Shown here one piece after another: positions 17,877 through 28,015 of a stretch of DNA of 58,517 bases; positions within the stretch are counted from its first letter, which is position 1, and every line of letters begins with the position of its first letter. The stretch is taken from positions 1-58,517 of the forward strand of contig JAZGDE010000048.1 in the NCBI GenBank assembly GCA_036477295.1, read 5' to 3'. The notes beneath the pieces were generated by a model that was not told where the DNA came from, did no database searches, and saw only the letters and a program-made list of their open reading frames with translations. Position numbers and translations under genes: made by a program. This DNA comes from Bacteroidota bacterium (GTDB lineage: Bacteria > Bacteroidota > Ignavibacteria > UBA10030 > JAZGDE01).

Positions 17877-19157
17877 ATGAAAAAGGTGCTCATCATCGCT
17901 TACTATTTTCCTCCGATGGGGCTCAGTGGAGTCCAGCGGACGGCGAAGTTCGTCAAATACCTTCCACAGTACAATTGGCAACCGACGGTACTCACCGTAT
18001 CACCCACTGGTTACTTGGCGAAAGATCTCTCCTTGCTGCAAGAAGCAGAAGAGAGCGGAGTCGAGATTGTCCGTTCGAAGACTTTGGATCCTACACGGCT
18101 GTTTCGAAGGCACCACGTCGTGAATCTGCCTCCAGAATTTCTGCGGAAGACCTTGAATCGCATCAATCAGGTGTTCTTCATTCCTGACAACAAGATCGGG
18201 TGGAAGTCACGAGCCCGAAAGGCAGCGGAGCACTTACTCCGAAAGCAAAAATTTGACATCATTTTCGCGACAGCTCCACCATATACAGATTTTCTGATCG
18301 GTGCCGAATTGAAGAAAAAGTTTCATATCCCTTTGGTTCTTGATTATCGTGATGCATGGGTTGATTACCCGTATCATTTTTATCTCACACCGGTCCACAG
18401 GTGGCTTCACATTCGATTGGAGAGAAAAGTTCTGCGCTCGAGTAATAAAGTTGTAGTGGTGAACCGTCGGATCAAAGAGTTGCTCCTCCGACGGTATCCG
18501 TTTCTTCGCTATGATGACATTGCAACGATATCCCAGGGGTTTGATCCTGCTGACTTCCAATTCGAAGCCAATACACAACTGCCGAAAACCGACAGGATGC
18601 GTTTTACTTACTCAGGAATTTTCATCGATGACATCACACCCAAATATTTCCTGAGAGCATTGAGAAAAGTCTTAGATGAACATCCGCGATTGCGGGGTAA
18701 TATTGAGGCGTGCTTTGTCGGCCATTTTCGCAACGAGAACCTGAGGATTGTGACTCGGCTGGGCCTCGAAAAGGATGTAAAGATAGTTAAGTATCTGGAT
18801 CATCGAGAATCGGTTAAGTATCTCGTGGCCTCCGATGTCCTGTGGCTGACAATCGGAAAGGGTAAAGGCAGGGATACGCTGTCAACCGGGAAGCTGTTTG
18901 AATACATTGGTGCACGGAAGCCATTACTCGGTTGTGTTCATGATGGTGTGGTGAAGGAGACCATTCTCAAATCGGGAGCAGGTGTAGTGGTTGATACTGA
19001 GGATGTTGTAGCGATATCGACTGCAATTAAAGATTTTTATGATCAATTTGAGAAACGGAGACTGAAATCTCCTGATGATAATTTTGTTGCCGATTACGAC
19101 CGGGTAAGATTAACGGCGGACTTGGCCAAGATCTTTGAGTTATTGTCACCAGGGTAA
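17877..19157 (+). CDS. glycosyltransferase (GT-B fold, GT4-like)
   Basis: 426 aa with an N-terminal YYFPP...GG(V)QR-like motif and a C-terminal ...GKLFEYIGARKPLLG typical of group-1 glycosyltransferases. Confidence 0.7.
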   Translation: MKKVLIIAYYFPPMGLSGVQRTAKFVKYLPQYNWQPTVLTVSPTGYLAKDLSLLQEAEESGVEIVRSKTLDPTRLFRRHHVVNLPPEFLRKTLNRINQVFFIPDNKIGWKSRARKAAEHLLRKQKFDIIFATAPPYTDFLIGAELKKKFHIPLVLDYRDAWVDYPYHFYLTPVHRWLHIRLERKVLRSSNKVVVVNRRIKELLLRRYPFLRYDDIATISQGFDPADFQFEANTQLPKTDRMRFTYSGIFIDDITPKYFLRALRKVLDEHPRLRGNIEACFVGHFRNENLRIVTRLGLEKDVKIVKYLDHRESVKYLVASDVLWLTIGKGKGRDTLSTGKLFEYIGARKPLLGCVHDGVVKETILKSGAGVVVDTEDVVAISTAIKDFYDQFEKRRLKSPDDNFVADYDRVRLTADLAKIFELLSPG

Positions 19158-19163
19158 ACCCGA

Positions 19164-20452
19164 ATGGACATCCTAGTCATCGGATCCGCTGGGCGCGAGC
19201 ATGCCCTCGTCTGGAAGCTGAGGCAAAGTCCGCTGGTAAGAAAAATCTACTGCACGCCCGGCAATGCCGGAATCGGATCGATCGCAGAGCTTGTGCCGAT
19301 CAGGATGTCCGACCTCCAGGGACTGCTCGAGTTTGTGAAGAGTGCCTCCATCGACCTGACTGTTGTAGGCCCAGGGCAGCCACTCATGGAAGGCATCGTC
19401 GACCTATTCATGAGGCACGGATTGAAAATCTTCGGCCCGACGAAAGCTGCTGCAGTATTGGAAGGCAGCAAGGTCTTCGCGAAGCAGTTCATGAAGAAGC
19501 ATAACATTCCGACGACTGAATGGCGGTCGTTCGACTTGTCCGAGCGGTACGAAGCAAGGCGCTATCTCGCTGAACAGCCGATGCCGATTGTCATCAAGGC
19601 TGACGGACTGGCGGGCGGCAAGGGAGCTGTGATCTGTGAAACCAAGGACGAGGCTCTTGAAGTCCTCGATCAGATGATGGAGAAGAAAATCTTCGGAACG
19701 GCGGGCGGACGAGTGGTGATCGAAGAATTCATGGTTGGGGAGGAGGCTTCGGTCTTTGCCGTTACGGACGGGAAAAGTTTGGTAACGTTGCCTCCCGCTC
19801 AGGATCACAAACGAATCTTGGACGGAGACCAGGGCAAAATACGGGAGGAATGGGGTCGTACGCTCCTGCAGCGGTCATCACGGACGATCTGATGGACCAT
19901 ATTGAAAGTTCCATCGTGAGACCTACCATTGTCGGGATGGCAAAGGAGAAGCGGGAGTACAAGGGATGTTTGTACTGTGGATGATGATCACCGAAGGTCG
20001 TAGAGTTCAACAGTCGCTTTGGAGACCCGGAGGCGCAGGTTATTCTGCCGCTTCTCGATGTCGATCTGGTGGAGGTGATGATCGCGGTATGCGACGACAA
20101 ACTTAACCCCGGCGTTGTGAAATTCCATGATGCTTCGGCTGTCTGTGTTGTGATGGCATCGCGTGGATATCCTGATTCGTACGAGACCGGAAAACCGATT
20201 TACGGTCTCGAATCTGCTTTCGAGGGGGATGGGATCCTGGTGTTTCATGCCGGAACGAGGTTAGAAAAGAATGCCCTCGTCACGAGCGGTGGCCGAGTAC
20301 TGGGTATTACCGCTCTTGGTTACATGGATGACTTAGAAGGAGCTATTGCGCTTGCGTACCGTGCGATCGAAAAAATCACCTTCGACGGCGCATATTACCG
20401 GAGCGACATCGGTCGCAAGGGAATCAAGCGGCTGAAGTCCCTGCGAGCATAG
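19164..20452 (+). pseudogene. purD: phosphoribosylamine--glycine ligase, disrupted
   Basis: The N-part is intact to ...DHKRILDGDQGK. A 1-nt loss in the A-run 19836-19839 shifts NTGGMGSYAP out of frame. Tandem in-frame TGA TGA lies at 19982-19987, where the conserved GLMxT motif should be. The downstream VVEFNSRFGDPEAQ...ASRGYP is conserved. Confidence 0.85.
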
Positions 20453-20462
20453 GAGAGATCGC

Positions 20463-21386
20463 GTGAACATTCTCGTGACAGGAGGCGCGGGATTCATCGG
20501 GTCGCATGTTGCGGACGCGTACCTCAGCGCAGGACACAGCGTTCTGGTCTTGGATGACCTCTCCTCCGGTAGCAAGGAGAACGTGCCGAGCGAGGCGAAA
20601 TTTTTTCAAGTCGATATCCGAGATGATGAAACCTTGGCTCAGGTATTTGGAGGACAGAGAATCGAGATTGTAAATCACCATGCTGCCCAGATGGATGTGC
20701 GGAAATCGGTCGACGACCCGGTGTTCGATGCCTCTGTGAACATCGTCGGGTCTCTCAATCTCCTTGAACTCAGTCTCAAGCATCGCGTACGGAAGTTTAT
20801 CTTTGCGTCAACGGGTGGAGCGATCTACGGAGAGCAGGAGAGCTTTCCTGCAGATGAACAGCATCCCTTGCGACCGCTTTCGCCATACGGCATCACGAAA
20901 CTCGCCGTGGAGCAATATCTGTATTATTACGGCCAGGTCCATGGTCTATCGTATGTCTGCCTTCGGTACGGCAACGTCTATGGCCCCAGACAGAATCCGT
21001 ATGGAGAGGCTGGAGTAGTTTCTATCTTTGCAGACAAAATGCTGAAGCTCGAGCAGCCGATCATCCACGGCGACGGTAATCAAACTCGTGATTACGTCTA
21101 CGTGGATGACGCCGTACGAGCGAACGTCCTCTCACTGGAGTGTCCTCATTCTGATGTGTTCAACATCGGATCGGGGGTCGAGACGGATGTCAACATAATC
21201 TTTCAGAAGTTGAAATCCATAACGAATGCTCCTTGTGCCGAAAAACACGGTCCGCGGAAAAAAGGGGAGCAGCTGCGAAGCGTCCTGAGTTACCGGAAAA
21301 TCTGTTCGATGCTCGGATGGTCACCGCAAGTGAATATCGACGAGGGATTACGAAGGACAGTTGCTTTTTTCTCTCAGAAGAGATAA
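20463..21386 (+). CDS. NAD-dependent sugar-nucleotide epimerase/dehydratase (GalE-like SDR)
   Basis: GGAGFIGSH Rossmann motif and catalytic YGITK. 307 aa, GTG start. Confidence 0.85.
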   Translation: MNILVTGGAGFIGSHVADAYLSAGHSVLVLDDLSSGSKENVPSEAKFFQVDIRDDETLAQVFGGQRIEIVNHHAAQMDVRKSVDDPVFDASVNIVGSLNLLELSLKHRVRKFIFASTGGAIYGEQESFPADEQHPLRPLSPYGITKLAVEQYLYYYGQVHGLSYVCLRYGNVYGPRQNPYGEAGVVSIFADKMLKLEQPIIHGDGNQTRDYVYVDDAVRANVLSLECPHSDVFNIGSGVETDVNIIFQKLKSITNAPCAEKHGPRKKGEQLRSVLSYRKICSMLGWSPQVNIDEGLRRTVAFFSQKR

Positions 21387-21431
21387 CCTAGACCGAGATC
21401 ATTCCGTTGGCTGGCAAAGACCGGATACTCC

Positions 21432-22376
21432 GTGGACAGGGAATTCCTCAAAAAATTGCTGAGTGGGGACAAGTTAACGACCACGCGGGCAATCACCGCG
21501 GTGGAGAATGAAACTCCGTCGGGGAAAGGAATCCTTCGATCGATCTATCCTCATACCGGCAAGGCGTACCGGATTGGTATGACGGGTCCCCCGGGGGCAG
21601 GGAAAAGCACCATCGTGAACAAACTCGCCCATCGGTACCGTCAGCGGGGCCTTCGCGTGGGAATCATCGCTGTCGATCCAACGAGTCCGTATACCGGCGG
21701 TGCGTTGTTGGGAGACCGGATCCGGATGACCGACGTTGAGCTCGACGAAGGTGTGTTCTTCCGGAGCATGGCATCTCGCGGAAGCGCAGGTGGATTGAGC
21801 CGAAAAGCTGCGGAAGCTGCTGATGTCCTCGACGCGGCTGGGAAAGAGATCATCCTCTTGGAAACCGTTGGAGTCGGACAATCGGAGTTGGACATCGCGG
21901 CTGCGGCCGACACTACCGTGGTGGTCCTCGTACCAGAATCCGGGGACTCCATCCAGGCCATGAAGGCTGGTCTGATGGAGATCGCGGACGTGTTCGTGCT
22001 CAACAAATCCGACCGAGCGGGAGCTGACCAGGCGGTCACAGCCATCAAGACGATTCTCCATTTCAAGTCTCAGCAAGACGGCTGGAACCCTGATGTCGTC
22101 AAAGCCGTCGCGAGCGAGGGAAAAGGTATCGACGAGCTCACGGCGATAATCGATCGTCACCGCAAGTACCAGGAAGAGACCGGTCGTTTGCGCGAGAAAC
22201 GTGTCCAGCGAATTGTGAACCGCATTCGTGAGTTAATCGGAGATCGACTTCGCGTCGATTTCTGGAATGAGCAGCGTATGCAGCAAATGAAGGAACAGGT
22301 TCGCCGGGTCATCGACCGTCAGCTGACGCCCTACGACGTCGTGGAAGAGCTCCTTGAAGAATTCCGAGATAATTAA
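21432..22376 (+). CDS. meaB: methylmalonyl-CoA mutase-associated GTPase MeaB/ArgK
   Basis: P-loop GPPGAGKST, ETVGVGQSE and NKSD. Confidence 0.85.
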   Translation: MDREFLKKLLSGDKLTTTRAITAVENETPSGKGILRSIYPHTGKAYRIGMTGPPGAGKSTIVNKLAHRYRQRGLRVGIIAVDPTSPYTGGALLGDRIRMTDVELDEGVFFRSMASRGSAGGLSRKAAEAADVLDAAGKEIILLETVGVGQSELDIAAAADTTVVVLVPESGDSIQAMKAGLMEIADVFVLNKSDRAGADQAVTAIKTILHFKSQQDGWNPDVVKAVASEGKGIDELTAIIDRHRKYQEETGRLREKRVQRIVNRIRELIGDRLRVDFWNEQRMQQMKEQVRRVIDRQLTPYDVVEELLEEFRDN

Positions 22377-22387
22377 CGGGGTAAACC

Positions 22388-23557
22388 GTGTCTGAAACCC
22401 TCGCTGCCAGAACGGAGATGAATTTCGAGCTCACGGAGAGCCAGAGAATGGTCCAGGAGATGGCTCGAAACTTCGCTGAGAAGGAAATGAAGCCGCACGT
22501 AATGAAGTACGATGAATCCCAGGAATTCCCCGTGGAAATTTTCAAGAAAATGTCAGAGCTCGGATTGCTGGGTATCGTGATCCCCGAGGAATACGGTGGT
22601 GCTGGCTTGGGTTATCTGGACCTTGTGACGATCTTCGAAGAACTTGCCAAGGTCGACCCGTCGGTCACGCTGAGCGTTGCGGCGCACAACGGGCTTTGCA
22701 CGAACCATATCTACACCTTTGGGAATGAAGGCCAGCGAAGGAAGTATGTCTCCGAACTTGCGAGCGGGAGAAAGCTGGGAGCGTGGGCGTTGACGGAGCC
22801 TTCGTCCGGCAGTGATGCGGGCGGGATGCGCAGCTTTGCCCTCCGTCAAGACGATGGTTGGATCCTCAACGGCAGCAAGGTGTTCACGACGAACGGCTCT
22901 GTGGCTGATGTCTGTGTCGTGATGGTGCTGACGGAGAAGTCCAAGGGCAAGCAAGGAATTTCGGCTTTTATCCTCGAAAAAGGGATGAAAGGTTTTTCGG
23001 TTGGCAAGAAGGAGAACAAGCTCGGCATGCGCGCGAGCGATACGTCGACGCTTGTGTTCGAGAACGTTCGAATTCCGAAGGAGAATCTGATTGGAGACGA
23101 GTACCAGGGATTCAAGCAGGCGCTTCACGTCCTGGACGGAGGGCGTGTCGGGATCGCCGCGATGTCCGTCGGAATCGCGCAGGGCTGCTTGGAAGCGAGT
23201 CTGCGATACGCTAAGGAGCGAAAGCAATTTGGCAAGCAGCTAGTGGAATTCGAAGCGATCCAGTGGAAACTGGCAGACATGGCGGTCGAGGTCGATGCTG
23301 CGCGACTGCTCACCTTCAAATCCGCTTTTCTGAAGCACCAGGGGAAAGACATCACCCTCGCCGCGGCGATCGCCAAGTATTTCGCGAGTGAGATCGCAGT
23401 CAAAGCGGCCAACGAGGCGGTGCAAATCCACGGTGGGTACGGTTATATCAAGGAATTTCCCGTAGAGAAGTTCTACCGCGATGTAAAATTGATGACGATC
23501 GGTGAGGGTACCTCGGAGGTTCAAAAAATGGTGATTGCCCGAAGGCTTCTCGGCTAG
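22388..23557 (+). CDS. acyl-CoA dehydrogenase (short/branched-chain type)
   Basis: GAWALTEPSSGSDA, LNGSKVFTTNG, QIHGGYGY and EGTSEVQ. An alternative ATG lies at 22418. Confidence 0.9.
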   Translation: MSETLAARTEMNFELTESQRMVQEMARNFAEKEMKPHVMKYDESQEFPVEIFKKMSELGLLGIVIPEEYGGAGLGYLDLVTIFEELAKVDPSVTLSVAAHNGLCTNHIYTFGNEGQRRKYVSELASGRKLGAWALTEPSSGSDAGGMRSFALRQDDGWILNGSKVFTTNGSVADVCVVMVLTEKSKGKQGISAFILEKGMKGFSVGKKENKLGMRASDTSTLVFENVRIPKENLIGDEYQGFKQALHVLDGGRVGIAAMSVGIAQGCLEASLRYAKERKQFGKQLVEFEAIQWKLADMAVEVDAARLLTFKSAFLKHQGKDITLAAAIAKYFASEIAVKAANEAVQIHGGYGYIKEFPVEKFYRDVKLMTIGEGTSEVQKMVIARRLLG

Positions 23558-23587
23558 GAATTCATCCTAACGTACGCTCCACCTCCT

Positions 23588-24104
23588 ATGCGCAAGTCGA
23601 ACATTGCCGCTCCCGTGATTTTCCTCTTTGCTCTGTCCGGGTTGTGCAGTCTGATCTACGAAGTCGTCTGGTTCAAGTATCTCTCCCTTTTCATCGGCAG
23701 CACAACGTATGCCCAGATGATAGTGCTCGCGACCTTCATGGGTGGGCTCGCGGGAGGGTATTACGACTGGGGGAGAAACAGGGCCAAACCGACCAATATT
23801 ACCTTGCTCTCGGCGATGTCTTGAACAGGACGGGGAAATTCGATGAGGCCATCAGATACTACGGGAAGGCGCTCGAACATCGTAAGCGTGAGCTTCCGCA
23901 CAAGGAGACCGTCCACGTATCTTCCATCTTTCTAAATTTGGCAATCTCATATTACAATAAGCGAGATTTCATCACTGCGAGGATTATGCCCTTCGGGTGC
24001 AGGCCCTCCGCCCAGAGGAGAGCACGGCAGAAGCCCTCCTCCAGCGAATCGAACGGCGACGGAGCAGACGGGCCGAGTCGAAGTCAGGCGCTCTTGCACA
24101 CTAA
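23588..24104 (+). pseudogene. remnant of a spermidine-synthase-like membrane protein with TPR repeats (large internal deletion plus frameshift)
   Basis: The N-terminal ~60 aa, LSGLCSLIYEVVWFKYLSLFIGSTTYAQ..FMGGLAGG, match the fused membrane/spermidine-synthase family. The reading then jumps frame into TPR sequence (QYYLALGDVLNRTGKFDEAIRYYGKALE), with another shift near 23977-23985. Confidence 0.55.
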
Positions 24105-24119
24105 ACACCGGCGCGAAGC

Positions 24120-25775
24120 ATGACACACATTAGAAGCAAACTGAAGAAGGATCTGACGTATTACCGGAACGAAGATAATCTCAAGAACATTCTGAGGGTT
24201 CTTCAAGCGAAAGCAGATGACGTGAAGTTGGGGGGAGGGGAGAAGGCGATCGAGAGGCATCATAAGCGAGGAAAGCTGACGGGGCGAGAACGCATCAGCA
24301 AGCTCATAGACCCGGGCAGCTACTTCCTGGAGATAGGTCTTTTCGCAGGCTACGGTATGTACGAGGAGTACGGGGGCGCTCCGTCAAGTGGCACTGTGTT
24401 TGGGATCGGGAAGATTCAGGGTCGCGATGTCGTGATTGTCGCCAACGACGCCACCGTAAAAGCAGGCGCTTGGTTCCCGATCACCTGCAAGAAGAATCTT
24501 CGAGCTCAGGAAATCGCGATCGACAATCGACTGCCGATCGTGTACCTTGTCGATTCTGCTGGAGTTTTTCTCCCTCTTCAGAGCGAGATCTTTCCGGATA
24601 AGGAACACTTCGGGCGCATCTTTCGGAACAATGCTGTGATGTCCGCGCTCGGGATCACACAGATTGCTGCGATCATGGGTCCGTGCGTGGCCGGCGGAGC
24701 CTACCTACCGATCATGAGTGATGAAGCGATGATCGTCGAGAAGACGGGGAGTGTTTTTCTTGCCGGTCCTCATCTGGTGGAAGCAGCAATCGGCGAAAAA
24801 TCGGACGCTGAGTCTCTTGGCGGCGCAGCTGTTCAGTGCGAGGTCAGCGGCGTAACCGACTATAAGATGAAGGACGATAATGAGTGTCTGAAGACTATCC
24901 GGAACATCATCGGTAGGCTTGGGAAGAAAGCGAGGCTCGAATTTGACCGTCAGCCTCCGAAGCGTCCGAAATTCGACCCGAAGGAAATCTACGGGATACT
25001 CCTTTCGGACCGCGCCAAATCGTTCGACATGTACCAAGTGCTTGCGCGGATCGTCGACGATTCCGAAATCGATGAGTACAAGTCGGGCTATGGCAAGACG
25101 GTGATCACCGCCTACGCGCGAATCGACGGATGGTCGGTGGGGGTCGTTGCCAATCAACGACTGATCGTCAAGAACAAGAAAGGGGAGATGCAGATCGGGG
25201 GTGTTCTGTACAGCGACAGTGCAGACAAGGCGACCCGATTTATCATGAATTGTAACCAGAAGATGATCCCGCTCGTATTCTTCCAGGACGTGACGGGGTT
25301 TATGGTCGGAACTCGCGCGGAGCACGGCGGTATTATCAAGGACGGTGCCAAGATGGTGAATGCGGTGGCGAATAGTGTCGTCCCTAAATTTACGTTCATC
25401 GTGGGGAACAGCTTTGGAGCGGGCAACTACGCGATGTGCGGAAAGGCGTATGATCCGCGCCTGATCTTCGCTTGGCCGACCGCCCGTATCAGCGTGATGG
25501 GAGCTGAACAAGCGAGCAACACGCTGCTGAACATCAAGATTCAGCAGATGGAAAAAGGGGGAGAACATATCTCCGAAGCACAACAGAAAGAATTCCTCAA
25601 GGAAATACAGGGCCGCTACGAAAAAGAGTTGGATCCTCTGTTTGGTGCCGCGCGACTGTGGGTGGACGGCATCGTCGATCCCACGGAGACCCGGCAGATC
25701 GTTTCGCTCGGAATTGAAATGGCATCCCACAATCCTGACATCCCAAAATTCAACGCAGGAGTGCTTCAGGTATGA
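24120..25775 (+). CDS. acyl-CoA carboxylase carboxyltransferase (beta) subunit, methylcrotonyl-/propionyl-CoA type
   Basis: 551 aa with LGGGEKAIERHHKRGKLTGRERI, ANDATVKAG, DSAG, GPCVAGGAY and two crotonase-like halves. Confidence 0.9.
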   Translation: MTHIRSKLKKDLTYYRNEDNLKNILRVLQAKADDVKLGGGEKAIERHHKRGKLTGRERISKLIDPGSYFLEIGLFAGYGMYEEYGGAPSSGTVFGIGKIQGRDVVIVANDATVKAGAWFPITCKKNLRAQEIAIDNRLPIVYLVDSAGVFLPLQSEIFPDKEHFGRIFRNNAVMSALGITQIAAIMGPCVAGGAYLPIMSDEAMIVEKTGSVFLAGPHLVEAAIGEKSDAESLGGAAVQCEVSGVTDYKMKDDNECLKTIRNIIGRLGKKARLEFDRQPPKRPKFDPKEIYGILLSDRAKSFDMYQVLARIVDDSEIDEYKSGYGKTVITAYARIDGWSVGVVANQRLIVKNKKGEMQIGGVLYSDSADKATRFIMNCNQKMIPLVFFQDVTGFMVGTRAEHGGIIKDGAKMVNAVANSVVPKFTFIVGNSFGAGNYAMCGKAYDPRLIFAWPTARISVMGAEQASNTLLNIKIQQMEKGGEHISEAQQKEFLKEIQGRYEKELDPLFGAARLWVDGIVDPTETRQIVSLGIEMASHNPDIPKFNAGVLQV

Positions 25776-25836
25776 AGACCGGGCGAGCTGTCCCGCGGCG
25801 CTCGACCAGTCGAGTCGTCGACCGGAGGCGTCCCGG

Positions 25837-26655
25837 ATGGGAAACATCATTCCGAAGAGGGAGGGCATGGGTCGTACAAGTCGAAATGTCATCATCGCAT
25901 GGGCTTGTCTGCCCGCGCTAGCCCTTGCACAGGTCCAGTCTGTTGCACCCCCTCTCAATTACGAATCGTCGGACCGACTGTCGTTTTCCCTCCTCCGGTT
26001 TGTCGGGAATCTTGTTTTGCCGCGGCTCGTGAAGGACGAGGTGCAGCTGAAGCGGTACATACGCGACAGGCGATTCATGGAGATTCGACGTTACTACGGT
26101 GACCTGGTCGCAGTCGATGCGATCTATCAAAAGGCTGTGCAGCTTGTCGACTACGACATCCACGACGCACTCCTGATCACGTTCTTCGCGACGATTGACC
26201 ATCGGCGCGTCGGCGTAAGGATTCCACTGCTTGGTGCGCTCTTCCTACCGCTGACTGCGGAATCGGACAGTTTGTTTCAGGGTCGATGGGCAAATCTCCC
26301 TTCTCGTCTATACGGCAGTGGGGACGGCGGAAAGGGAAGGGACAGGGACAAATTACAGCATTTCTTCGGCTCAGCGTTCTTGACCTATGCTCTCCGGTCT
26401 TCCGAGTCGGCGTCCCTGGCGGGCTCATTTGTCGAATGGGGAGAGGATGCCTTTATCGTCGGCGGTCAGAGTGATTGGAGGGACCGTCAAGCGAACGAAC
26501 AGGGACGTCTCTTCGGGAGATCCCTGGGGGATGATCCCACTGTGCTGCCGTCTGATTTTCTCTCCCGAAGGGATGGACTCGCACGCGCGGTCGTAATGGA
26601 ACAACCAGTATTGGAAAAATCGAGTCATGAAATCGATCCTTGTTGTAGACGATGA
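25837..26655 (+). CDS. hypothetical secreted protein
   Basis: Signal-peptide-like IIAWACLPALALAQ after an internal Met. I recognise no family. The ORF extends upstream to 25642, overlapping the previous gene. Confidence 0.45.
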   Translation: MGNIIPKREGMGRTSRNVIIAWACLPALALAQVQSVAPPLNYESSDRLSFSLLRFVGNLVLPRLVKDEVQLKRYIRDRRFMEIRRYYGDLVAVDAIYQKAVQLVDYDIHDALLITFFATIDHRRVGVRIPLLGALFLPLTAESDSLFQGRWANLPSRLYGSGDGGKGRDRDKLQHFFGSAFLTYALRSSESASLAGSFVEWGEDAFIVGGQSDWRDRQANEQGRLFGRSLGDDPTVLPSDFLSRRDGLARAVVMEQPVLEKSSHEIDPCCRR

Positions 26656-28012
26656 AAAGAGTGTTCGCGACTCGTTGAAGATGATTCTCGAGTACGAGCA
26701 CTACGACGTGCAGTTCGCGGAGGATGGTGTGAAGGCACTTGCGAAGGTGGAAAAGAACAGTTTTGACGTCATTCTGCTGGACATCAAGATGCCAGGGATG
26801 GATGGATTAGAGGTTCTTCAGCGCCTGAGGGATAAACAATCGGATTTGCCGGTGGTGATCATTTCAGGTCACGGTACGATCGAGACCGCTGTGGAGGCCA
26901 CAAAGCGCGGAGCGTACGATTTTCTTCCGAAACCGTTGGACCGAGATAAGGTGCTGGTGACAGTACGGAACGCGATCGAGCAGCGGAATCTGCGGACTCA
27001 GTACCAGTTGACAACTCTACTCGTTGAGCGGATGCGAGAGCGAGTTGAGGGTCGGCAGGTGATTCTCGGCGGCAGCCCGAAGGTCAAAGAGATTCTTGGC
27101 ATCATTGAACGGGTCGCACCGACGGACGCACGCGTTCTCATCACCGGTGAAAACGGCACGGGCAAAGAACTTGCCGCCAAAGCTCTCCATCGCACCAGCA
27201 GGCGACGGGATATGCCCCTGGTTGAGGTGAACTGTGCTGCAATCCCGTCGGAGCTGATCGAATCAGAGCTTTTTGGCCACGAAAAGGGAGCGTTCACCGG
27301 AGCCACGGCGCAACGCATCGGCAAGTTCGAACAGGCAAATGGAGGCACGATATTCCTCGACGAGATCGGGGACATGAGTCTCTCAGCGCAGGCGAAGGTG
27401 CTCCGCACCCTTGAGGAAGGAAAAATCGAACGGGTGGGAGGAATGAAGCTGATTCTCGTCGATGTGCGGGTGATCGCCGCGACAAACAAGAACCTTCCGG
27501 AGGAGATCAAGAAGGGAAATTTTCGGGAGGATCTCTACCATAGGATCAATGTTATCCCCATCCACGTTCCCGCTCTTCGGGAGCGGCGCGAGGATATCCC
27601 GATTCTTGCAAACTCTTTCCTGGAGGAAATTTGTAATCGGGACGGCATTGCGAAGAAGACGATCACCGATCGCGCTCTCCAAATGCTCAAGTCGATGGAC
27701 TGGCCTGGGAACATACGGGAACTGCGCAACATTGTCGAACGATTGGTCATCATGACACTCGGTACGCTCATCGATATCCAGCACATCGAAATGCAGACGA
27801 CCCCAATCAAGAGCGAGCTTGAAGATATTCTCAACACGACGAGCACGTTTCAACAGTTTAAGGCGAAAGCCGAGTGTGCGTTCATCCGAAAACAGTTGGA
27901 GCTCCACGGTTGGAACATCAGCAAGACCGCGGAGGGTCTTGGCATCCAGAGAAGCCACCTCTACAACAAGATGAAGCGCTACGGGTTAGAGCGGAAGGAG
28001 CAGGAACGCTAA
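26627..28012 (+). CDS. sigma54-dependent response regulator (NtrC family)
   Basis: REC (ILVVDDE, ILLDIKMPGMDG), GENGTGKE, EKGAFTGA and C-terminal HTH ISKTAEGLGIQRSHLYNKMKRY. Confidence 0.9.
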   Translation: MKSILVVDDEKSVRDSLKMILEYEHYDVQFAEDGVKALAKVEKNSFDVILLDIKMPGMDGLEVLQRLRDKQSDLPVVIISGHGTIETAVEATKRGAYDFLPKPLDRDKVLVTVRNAIEQRNLRTQYQLTTLLVERMRERVEGRQVILGGSPKVKEILGIIERVAPTDARVLITGENGTGKELAAKALHRTSRRRDMPLVEVNCAAIPSELIESELFGHEKGAFTGATAQRIGKFEQANGGTIFLDEIGDMSLSAQAKVLRTLEEGKIERVGGMKLILVDVRVIAATNKNLPEEIKKGNFREDLYHRINVIPIHVPALRERREDIPILANSFLEEICNRDGIAKKTITDRALQMLKSMDWPGNIRELRNIVERLVIMTLGTLIDIQHIEMQTTPIKSELEDILNTTSTFQQFKAKAECAFIRKQLELHGWNISKTAEGLGIQRSHLYNKMKRYGLERKEQER

Positions 28013-28015
28013 AGG

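Noticed and set aside
21474-23227. 228-aa and 224-aa minus-strand ORFs, plus nested shorter ones
   Set aside because: They are antisense to meaB and the acyl-CoA dehydrogenase gene.
24705-25958. 417-aa minus-strand ORF
   Set aside because: It is antisense to the acyl-CoA carboxyltransferase gene. It is Arg/His-rich with no recognisable motifs.
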